Assembly (NCBI GenBank): GCA_963823035.1
Contig: CAWGKG010000016.1
Coordinates: 39,765 to 103,764, forward strand
DNA: 64,000 nt
Direction: 5' to 3'
Source of the DNA: an uncultured Gemmatimonadales bacterium
GTDB taxonomy: Bacteria > Gemmatimonadota > Gemmatimonadetes > Longimicrobiales > Gaopeijiaceae
In this document: piece by piece, positions 56,007 to 64,000 of the stretch
How positions within the stretch are numbered: position 1 is the first letter of the stretch
Layout: every line of letters begins with the position of its first letter
Position numbers and translations under genes: made by a program
Notes under the pieces: generated by a model
The model's input: only the letters and a program-made list of their open reading frames with translations
Told to the model about the DNA's origin: nothing
Databases searched by the model: none

Positions 56007-56144
56007 ATGATCCTCTCACTCGCCTACTTTCCGCACGACCCCGCGGCGATCTTCGCCCTCGCGGTCACAGCCGGCATCGCCGCGCTGCTCTTCATCGCGG
56101 GCCGCAACAGCGGCAAGAAGAGCGACCCCAAGGACGAGTCGTAG
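56007..56144 (+). CDS. 45-aa single-pass membrane microprotein
   Basis: Strong RBS AGGAGGA (55993-55999); TM segment AAIFALAVTAGIAALLFIA followed by a charged tail RNSGKKSDPKDES. Confidence 0.65.
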   Translation: MILSLAYFPHDPAAIFALAVTAGIAALLFIAGRNSGKKSDPKDES

Positions 56145-56193
56145 GCCACCGGCCGCGCCGGGCGGCCGCGGGTTCCCGCCGGGCGCGACCCGC

Positions 56194-58915
56194 TCACTCC
56201 GAGCGGATCGCCTCCATCGGGTCGACCCGCGTCGCCCGGCGCGCGGGCCCCAGTGAGGCCAGCGCGGCCACGCCGACGAGAACGACGGACGCGGCCACCA
56301 GCGGCCACGGATCGCCCGGCTCGACGCCGAAGAGCAGGCTCTCCGTGAATCGACGGAGGGCGAACGTGCCGGCGAGCCCGAGGGCGACGCCGACGGCCGC
56401 GAGCGCCAGGCCGGTGAGCAGCACCTGGCGCGCGATGCGCCCACGGTCCGCCCCCAACGCCATGCGCACGCCGATCTCACGGGTGCGCTGAGCGACGAGG
56501 AAGGAGACCACGCCGTACAGCCCCGCCGCCGCGAGGATGAGGGCGAGCGCACCGAAGAGGCCCACCAGCACGGCGGACACCTGGAAGCGCGCGGTCACGT
56601 CGCTGAACACCGCGTCCATGCTGGTGACCGACCCGAAGGCCAGGGACGCGTCCAGCTCGCGCAGCGCCGCCTCGGTCGGCGCCACCCAGTCGGTGGCGGG
56701 CCCGTCCGTGTGGATCAGGAAGTGCACCAGCGGCTGGTAGATCTGGAAGACCGACGCGTAGGCCTGCGTGGTCGGCTCCTCACCCAGCTCGTAGTAGGTG
56801 GCGTCGCGCGCCACGCCGACCACCGTGTAGGTGCGGTCGCCGCCGAGGGAGACGGTGCGTCCGAGCCCGTCCTCGTCCGGCCAGAGCAGGCTCTCCAGCG
56901 TCTCGTTCACCACCACGGCCGGCGGATCCTGTGCGCCGTCCTCGGGCCCCAGAGCCCGGCCGCGCGCGATCGGAACGCCCATGAGCGTCGAAGTAGCCCG
57001 GCGACACCGCGTTGAGGCCGACCCAGAGCTTCCCCTCGTCGGTGTTGGAGCGGGCGCCCGGAGGCGGGTCGAGGTCGGTGCTCCAGTCCCCCTGGAAGGG
57101 GATCATCCGCGTGGTGGCCACGTCCAGCACGCCCGGCACGGCACGGAGGCGCTCGAGGGCCCGCGGAAGGAAGGCCATCCCCTCGTCGGCCGAGTAGCCC
57201 AGCGCGCGCAGATCGACCTGCACCACCAGGCGGTCGTCGGTCGCGAAGCCCAGCTCCTGCGTGCGCGCCGTCCAGAAGCTGCGCGTGAAGAGGACAGCGC
57301 CGGCGACGAGAACGAGCGAGAGGGCGACCTGCGCGACGACCAGGACGTCGCGCGCGCGGCTGCGACTCCCCGCCGTGCGGGCCCCTTCCAGCGACGCGGC
57401 CACATCGGATCGGGCGGCGTGCAGGGCGGGCGCGAGGCCGGCGAGCGTGGCGGCGACCACCGAGATCGCGACGGCTGCCGCGAGGACGCGCACGTCCGGC
57501 CGGAACGTCCCGACGAAGGTGTAGGGAAGCAGCGAGGCGGCGGCGTCCGAGAAGGCGTAGGCGAGCGCGATGCCCACCGCACCGCCGGCCGCGCCCAGGA
57601 CGAGGCTCTCGGCGAGCAGTTGCCGGAAGAGGCGCCCGCGGCCCGCGCCCATCGCCGTGCGGATGCCGATCTCCCGCGTGCGCGCGGTCGCGCGGGAGAG
57701 GAGAAGGACGGCCACGTTCGCCGTGGCGATCGCCAGCACGATGAGCACGACCGCGAGGAGCATCCGGGAAAGCGAGTCCAGGGAGGCCGACTGCCCGGGG
57801 CTGTAGATCGCCTCCCGCGTGACCATGATCCCCTCGCCGTCCTGCCGCTCGGGGTACGTGAGCGCGTCCGAGAGCGCCTGGAGGTTGGCCTCGGCGGTCT
57901 CGAAGGTGGCGCCCGGCGCCAGGCGGCCCGCGACCGAGAGCCAGCTGCTGCGCGTGTTCGGGACCCGCTCCCACCAGGCCCGATCCGTGGTGCGCGTCAG
58001 CGCGCCGAACATCGCGAGCGGCACCCATGCGTCCGGGCCGTTCGAGAAGGCGCTCAGCCCACGGAAGCCCGGGGGTGCGACGCCGATCACGGTGAAGGTG
58101 ATGCCGTTCATCGAGATCGTGCGCCCCACCACGTCCGGATCGGCCGCGAGGGCGCGGCGCCAGAACCCGTCGCTGAGCACGGCGACCGGGGCCTCGCCCG
58201 GCGAGAGGTTCTCGTCGCGGGTGAAGAAGCGGCCCCGCGCCGCCGCGACGCCCAGGACGTCGAAGTAGTTGTCGGAAACGCACAGCGCGTCGAGCTGGTC
58301 GGAGCGGGTGCCGTCGAGCGTGTACGAGGCCGTGAGGTCGCCCCCCCAGGCGGCCAGCCCCTCGAGGGTCGTCGCGTTCTCGCGGTAGTAGGCGTAGTCC
58401 GGGTGCATGAGGGACCCGCCCCCCTCGCCCGGCGCCCACGAGCGCCAGACGCGGACCAGCCTGTGCGGCTCGGTCACGCCCGGCGGGCGGTCGAAGAAGA
58501 TCCGGTTCACCAGCGTGAGGACCGTGGTCGGCGCGCCGATGCCCAGCCCCAGCACGATCACGGCGGTGAGCGCGAAGCCCGGCCGGCGCGCCAGGGCGCG
58601 CAGGCCGAAGCGCAGATCCTGCACGAGATCCCTTCCCATCGTCGTCGTCCTCCCCATCCAGGGTTCCTCGATGTCGTGCGCGTGCGCTCGCCCGGCCGGA
58701 TGCAACGGAGGCCGAAGGCCCGCACCGAGGCGCCACAGCGCGAGCGCTCCCAACTCACGCCAGAGGCGTCTGCGCGCGGCGGCAGCCCCCATGCGTTCGG
58801 CGCGACGGTGGTACGCCTCCTCCAGGTCGCCCAGCACGTCGTCCCGTCGGGCGCGGGGCAAGAGGCGTTCGGCGATCCATCGGAGCGGCCCCGGAAGGCC
58901 GCCGCCCGTGCTCAC
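56194..58915 (-). CDS. Duplicated orphan ABC permease (ADOP-like; frameshift near 56985)
   Basis: Prefix RRDDVLGDLEEAY; QDLRFGLRALARRPGF, RTREIGIRTAMGA, QRTREIGVRMALGA and PARRATRVDP motifs. Confidence 0.9.
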
Positions 58916-59235
58916 GGGTGGGCCTCCTCCGGGCGGGCCCACAGCTCGTCGCGGATGCGCCGGCTCTCCTCGAGCGCGTCGAGGCCCACCGGCGTCACCG
59001 CGTAGTGACGCTTGGCGCGACCGCCCCGCACCGAGGTCGGCTCGCCCAGCCACGAGTCCGCCAGGCCCTTTCGCTGCGTGCGGTCCAGCGCCGCGTAGAT
59101 CGCGCCCAGCGTCACCTCCCGATCGGCACGCTCGGCCAGCACCTCCTGGATGGCCGATCCGTGCGCCCCCTCACCCAGCTGGCGCACGGAGAGCAGCACC
59201 AGCTCCTCGAATTCGCCCAGTCGCTCGCCTTTCAC
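58912..59235 (-). CDS. PadR-family transcriptional regulator
   Basis: LGEFEELVLL, GAIYAALDR and RGGRAKRHY motifs; GTGA overlap with the permease. Confidence 0.92.
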   Translation of the reverse strand: MKGERLGEFEELVLLSVRQLGEGAHGSAIQEVLAERADREVTLGAIYAALDRTQRKGLADSWLGEPTSVRGGRAKRHYAVTPVGLDALEESRRIRDELWARPEEAHP

Positions 59236-59284
59236 GGGCTGCTTCCCTCCTTCGACGCCTCCCGCCCGCACGTCGCGGCCGGCT

Positions 59285-59316
59285 ATTTTTAATACATACG
59301 TGAATGTAATAGAAAA
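59285..59316. promoter_or_regulatory. Putative PadR operator (imperfect palindrome)
   Basis: ATTTTTAATACAT-ACGTGA-ATGTAATAGAAAA, an AT-rich island upstream of padR. Confidence 0.55.
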
Positions 59317-59423
59317 GGCCAGACCCCTCGCCGGCGCGGGTGGGATTCAGGGGTGGGCGACCGGCGCGGGATCGTGAGCCGCAGGCAGTTCCTCGGCCGA
59401 TCCTCCGCCGTTTCGCCGCACGG

Positions 59424-59452
59424 TTGAACCCGTCGGGGTCCCGGTGTAGCTT
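59424..59452 (+). promoter_or_regulatory. Sigma70-type promoter of the tRNA
   Basis: TTGAAC-N17-TAGCTT. Confidence 0.55.
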
Positions 59453-59496
59453 TTCCTGCTCGGGCCGAGCGCCAAGGGCGCCGCGTCCGGGAGGAA

Positions 59497-59570
<74 letters not shown>

Positions 59571-59575
59571 TGGGT

Positions 59576-59617
59576 AAAGCGTGGAGCCGCAAGAAGTTAC
59601 GCGGCTCCACGCTTTTT
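59576..59617 (+). terminator. Intrinsic terminator after the tRNA
   Basis: Perfect 15-bp stem AAAGCGTGGAGCCGC / GCGGCTCCACGCTTT with a T run. Confidence 0.8.
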
Positions 59618-59648
59618 GTGTTACCGCGGTAGCGAAAGGGTAACACAA
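59616..59648. repeat. 10-bp perfect inverted repeat, possible recombinase-binding site
   Basis: TTGTGTTACC-N13-GGTAACACAA between the tRNA and the integrase remnant. Confidence 0.55.
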
Positions 59649-59725
59649 GATTTCCGGGCGGTGGGCTCCATCGGGTATGGTGGCCGTGAAGGATCACGCT
59701 CACCACACGCCAAGGATGGCGACCG

Positions 59726-60307
59726 ATGCCGAAGCTCCGCGACCACACCACGATCGACTCCCGTATCTACACCCGCCGGCGCGGGAGGGGCGCCGCGCGC
59801 TACTACGGGGACTTCCGCGACTACTCCGACGTCGGGGGCGGCCTGGAGCCGCTGGTGCCGACCGGTTGTCGGTACGCCACCACGGACGAGGAAGAGGCGG
59901 CCAAGCTCGCCCAGGCCCGGCTGGAGGAGCTGCAGCAGAAGCGGGCGAAGCGGCCCGTCGGGCCGGCTGCGAGGCGGGTCCTCAAAGATCTGATTCCGGA
60001 CCATCTGGTGCGTAAGGCGAAGCTGAAGGAAGGCGGGGAGGGATGGCTCGGCAACGTCCAGGTGCATCTCGAGACCTTCGAGACGTTCTTCGGTGCGGAG
60101 CGGGACCTCGCCGACATCGAGCTGCGGGAGATGGAGAACTACCGGGCGCATCTCTCCCAGGCCCGTCTCGCCGTCGGCGACATCACGGGTGCGCGGGAGG
60201 CCGCCGAGCGCGCCGTGCCCGCGCTCGAGAACGCGTTCGGCCCGGCGAGCGCTCGAGCCGCCCGGGCCCGCGCGGTGCGCGACTCCCTGGCCGCGCCCAG
60301 GCGATAG
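59726..60307 (+). pseudogene. Truncated tyrosine integrase (N-terminal/core-binding part) fused to a TPR-like C-terminal fragment
   Basis: Adjacent to the tRNA; RIY..R...RYYGDFRDY arm-like region and FFGAERDLADIELREMENYRAHL SAM-like helix; no catalytic R-H-R-Y domain; the tail reads like a TPR end. Confidence 0.6.
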
Positions 60308-60468
60308 AAGGACCTCTCCCTCGCCCCCTCGCCTGCCGGCGACCGGCGACCGGCCCCCAGCGTGCGTGGCACCCTTCTCCGGCGGATCTCGCGTATAGGG
60401 TCGACGGCTCGAATCGACAGCCCCTCCCACGACCGGGGTCGACATGCGACGTATCCGCCGGAATCCCG

Positions 60469-62883
60469 ATGGTGTCCTCCCCGCAGTGCCTCCGCCGGCT
60501 CGATCCGACGGGGAGCCCTCGTCACGGCTGTTCTGATGTCGGGCCTCGTCGCCGGCTGCGAGGACGTGCCGCTCACCGGGCCGGGGGCGGAAGAGTCGAC
60601 CCGGGCCATGGTACCCCTGGGTGCGCACGGCTCCGGCGGCCTGCCCGCGGGCGCACCCGCCTCCGTGGCCGTCTCGTCGCAGTTCAGGGTCACGCCGACG
60701 GGTCTCGAATTCGGGAGACGTCGCGGTGGGCACTACGTCGCCGGAGCAGTCGGTGGTGGTGACCAACATCGGATCGACGACGGTCGCCCTGTCCGTGGCG
60801 GGCGGGGGCGCGGGCGTGTTCGGAGGCGCCACCGACTGCACCGTCGGGACGCTCGCCGCTGGCGCGTCGTGCCGGGTCGACTATCGATTCACGCCGACCG
60901 ACGTGGGTCCCGCGTCGGCGACCCCGACGCTCTTCCTCAACGGCGAGGCCTTCACCTTCCACCTGACCGGCACGGGCGTGGCGCCGCCGGTGCTGGTGTC
61001 GTCGACGCGGATGGATTTCGGCAGGGTGCCGGTGGGCGGAACGGCGCCGTCGCAGTCGGTGACGCTGACGAACGTGGGGACGACCACCGCGCCGGTCGGC
61101 CTGGCGGGCGGCGGTGCGGGCGTGTTCGGCGGAGCGAACGGCTGCCCGTCCACGCTCGCCGCAGGAGCGTCGTGCTCGATCTCCTACGCGTTCAGGCCGT
61201 CGGCGACGGGCCCGGCGTCCCAGACCGGCGACGTTGTCGGTGAACGGCGTGCCGCACTCGCTGGAGTTCTCCGGCACGGGCGTGGATCCGGTGCTGGTGT
61301 CGGCCACGCGCTTCGACTTCGGCGAGGTGGAGGTGCGCGCGACGGCACCGTCCCAGTCGGTGACGCTCACGAACGTGGCGCGGGTCCCCGTGACGCTGAG
61401 CCTGGCGGGCGGCGCAGCCGGCGAATTCGGAGGTACGACCAGCTGTGGGAGCTCGCTCGCCCCCGGAGCGTCGTGCACCGCTCTCCTACGCGTTCAAGCC
61501 GACGACGACGGGCCCGGCGTCACGAAGACGGCGACGTTGGCCGTGAACGGCGTGTCGTACTCGCTCGAGTTCTCCGGCACGGGAGTCCCCGCGGGGAGCG
61601 CGCCGAGCGCGCAGTTCCTGGTGACCCCGACGCGCTTCGCGTTCGGCGGGGTGCAGGTGGGTGGGACCGCGCCCTCGCAATCGGTGACGCTCACCAACGT
61701 GGGCTCGAGCCCCGCGCCGGTGAACCTGGCGGGCGGGGGCGCGGGCGTGTTCGGCGGGGCGACCGACTGCGCGGGCAGGACGCTCGACCCGGGCAAATCG
61801 TGCTCGATCTCCTACGCGTTCAGGCCCACCGCGCTGGGCGCGGCCGCCAGGACGGCGACGTTCACCGCGGCCGGCACGTCGCACACGTTGGACTTCTCGG
61901 GAACGGGTTTCGATCCCGTGCTGGTGACGCCCACGCGCTTCGCGTTCGGCGAGGTGGTGGTGGGTCAGACGGCGCCGTCGCAGTCGGTGACGCTCACGAA
62001 CGTGGGGGCGACTCCCGCGCCGGTGGGCCTGGCGGGCGGGGGCGCGGGCGAGTTCGGCGGGGCGACCGACTGCGCGGGCAGGACGCTCGACCCGGGCACG
62101 TCGTGCACGGTCTCCTACGCGTTCACGCCCACGACGACGGGCCCGCTCGCCAAGACGGTGACGCTGCCCTCGAACGGCGTGTCGCACTCGCTCGACTTCT
62201 CCGGCACGGGTGTGGGTCCGCGGTTCCTGGTCACGCCGACCGAGCTGAGCTTCGGTACGCATGCCCGTCGGGGCCATCGCGCCCGCCCAGGCGGTGACGG
62301 TGACGAACATGGGCACCGCGGCCGTGGACGTGACGATCGCGGGCGGCTTCCCGGGGACCCCGTTCACCTCGGCGCAGAGCTGTGAGGGCGTGACGCTCGC
62401 TCCGGGTGGGACCTGCCAGATCAAGTATGGATTCCTGCCGACGGCCGGCGGCCTCGCGACCGCGACGTCGAGCTTCACCCTGAACGGCCAGCCGTTCTCC
62501 GTCGGAGCTGTCCGGCTTCGGCGCAGGCGACGAGCGAGGGCCCGGTGACCAGCGCGGTCGCCCTCGCCCCGAATCCCGTCCAGGTGGGCATCGCGGTGGC
62601 CCTGACCGCGTTCGTCGACGATCGGCGCCACGGGCGGCTCCGACCATCGCGTCCGCCGAGTACAGCATCGACGGGGGACGTGGCTGCCCATGGACGCGGC
62701 GGACCACGCGTTCGATTCGCCGGCGGAGGACGTCAGCGCGAGCTTCGCGGCCCCCGCGCCCGCCGGCGACCACAAGATCTGCGTTCGCGGTACCGACGAC
62801 GCGGGCAACACGGGGGTGGCCGAGTGCGCGACCCTCCACGTCGTCGACCTGCACGACTTCCTCCACACCCGCCCGATCGGGTA
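60469..62883 (+). CDS. Surface lipoprotein with about six ASH/choice-of-anchor-D Ig-like repeats and a C-terminal Ig-like domain (many frameshifts; start approximate)
   Basis: Lipobox LVAGC; repeated FG.V.VG.TAPSQSVTLTNVG...C...L..G.SC..Y.F.P...SGTG units; terminal HKICVRGTDDAGN. Confidence 0.8.
61621..62215 (+). repeat. Near-identical tandem domain repeats of about 303 bp inside the Ig-like gene
   Basis: Long shared blocks, e.g. TTCGGCGGGGCGACCGACTGCGCGGGCAGGACGCTCGACCCGGGCA near 61751 and 62054. Confidence 0.8.
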
Positions 62884-62974
62884 GCCGTGCGTGCAAGCGC
62901 GGCAGCAGGCGTATGCGGCGTGGACTCGGCATGTGGGCGACGTGGCTCGGTCGAAGGCGGCAGGGCGCGACAGG

Positions 62975-63333
62975 CCGACAAGGAGGGGCAGATGCCGCGG
63001 CCCTTGCAGGAGAAGGCGATCAGGCGCTCATGGCCGCATCGTCGCATCGAGCTCAGGGCGAAGCCGTCCGCGAGGATGCCGCAGCGGAGGTAGGCCCGGA
63101 AATCATGCTCGACCCAGGCCGGGACGCCGTGGCCTAGGGGGATCAGAGTCGGCGGCCTGCGCTACGAAGGTCTCGAGGTGGTGTTGGACGACGGGGTAGA
63201 GCCGGGTGGCGGTGGGCCGGCGTGGGCGGCAGGTCGGCCGCGACGTGCCCAGTCCGGCCTCCCGGCGGACCAGATCGGAGGCCGGAAGAGTCGCTTTGCC
63301 GGGGTCGCCATGACGGAGCGTGCATCGCTTCAC
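62975..63333 (-). mobile_element. IS91-family transposase remnant (zinc-binding N-terminal domain only)
   Basis: RPRRPTATRLYPVVQHHLETF, EHDFRAYLRCGIL and CGHERLIAFSCKGRGICPS motifs; sequence stops before the Y2/HUH catalytic domain. Confidence 0.85.
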
Positions 63334-63390
63334 GGCGCGGTGCCATGCTCCGATAGGCCCAAGCCCACCAAGAGCAGCGACGGGCGTCGC

Positions 63391-63928
63391 TCAAACGAAA
63401 CAGCGCCGGCGATCGTGCCCATCGGCAGAAAGAGCCGCCGGGGTGTCCACGGCAATGGGATGAAGCCGTAGTGCGCGTAGAAGCTCCAGGGCAGCTTCAT
63501 CCTTGGCGTCCACGACCACGGCCCAGGATGCCACCCCGCCCGACTGCAGCAGCGCCCGCTTCAAAGCGTCGAGAAGTAGATGGCTCCCCAGGCCCAACCC
63601 GCGGTAGTCGGTATCCCACCGCTAACCTGCCGAGGAGCGTGGAGGGTATCTGTCCGTACTTCGGGAGCTTCTTCTGGAGAGCGTCCGGAAGATCCGTACC
63701 GATCACGGAGAAGGCGGACAAGGTGTAGTATCCGGCGATCCTGGATCGCGCCGGGTCGTGGAGTACGAAGCACGCCGCGATCCGCCTCCGCTGGTCCTGT
63801 CCGGCCTGCGCTCGGAGGTAACGGTCCAGTGCCTCGACGCCGCAGTGGAATGAACGTCGGTCATGGGAGTCGCCGAGTGCCACGATGGCTTGCGAGGTCA
63901 GTGCGTCTCCCACGGCGTCAGCGTCCAC
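63391..63928 (-). CDS. GNAT acetyltransferase toxin (TacT/AtaT-like; frameshifted, ends approximate)
   Basis: HDRRSFHCGVEALDRYL, GYYTLS, LLGRLAV, YRGLGLGSHLLLDAL, VVVDAKDE and FYAHYGF motifs. Confidence 0.88.
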
Positions 63929-64000
63929 TGGACGGGGAGCTCGGCGGCCGCGCGCAACACCATGTCTGGTGCCGGCGGCTTCAGGAGCGCCGCGACGAAG
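63898..64000 (-). CDS. DUF1778-family antitoxin, C-terminal part (cut by window edge)
   Basis: Manual translation FVAALLKPPAPDMVLRAAAE...*; directly upstream of the GNAT toxin. Confidence 0.75.
   Translation of the reverse strand, partial: FVAALLKPPAPDMVLRAAAELPVQWTLTPWETH

Noticed and set aside
60700..62500. Regularly spaced repeats as a possible CRISPR array
   Set aside because: The period is about 300 bp and the repeats are protein-coding domain duplications; no short repeat-spacer structure or cas genes are present.
62884..62975. Short segment reading QARQQAYAAWTRHVGDVAR between the Ig-like gene and the IS91 remnant
   Set aside because: It may be another gene fragment, but it is too short to assign from sequence alone.
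63587..63596. CCCAGGCCCA matching the tRNA 3' end as a possible attR
   Set aside because: It is only 10 GC-rich bases and lies inside the GNAT coding sequence (LGLG of the acetyl-CoA loop); likely chance.

Overview
This is a very GC-rich bacterial chromosomal window. Gene content and style (PadR + duplicated orphan permease cassettes, many exported hydrolases, 6-bladed propellers) suggest Gemmatimonadota, which is an inference. Many genes, including the essential dnaE, carry 1-nt frameshifts. These look like long-read consensus errors, so gene spans are reconstructed across frames. Positions 1-59.5 kb hold housekeeping and accessory genes: msrA, D-aminoacylase, YbaK, a Gld-like ABC system, ALDH7, GH92, dnaE, a BNR-propeller/MoaD-ThiS/SIMPL operon, M3/M14/M24 peptidases, CPA and CDF transporters, speA, rhomboid, a PLP decarboxylase, yigZ, namZ and two PadR-permease cassettes. 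From a stand-alone tRNA-Ile(GAT) at 59497 onward lies a decayed island with a truncated integrase fused to a TPR tail, a repeat-rich Ig-like surface protein, an IS91-family remnant and a GNAT/DUF1778 toxin-antitoxin pair. The strongest unexplained signals are: (1) a signal-peptide leader ORF ending in a HAPP arrest-like motif whose codons base-pair with the Shine-Dalgarno (SD) of a downstream 45-aa membrane microprotein; (2) an 87-aa, 56% acidic microprotein with its own promoter, RBS and terminator; (3) an E1-less propeller-ubiquitin-like operon; (4) a tandem-HTH protein with a polybasic tail behind a sigma54-like promoter.
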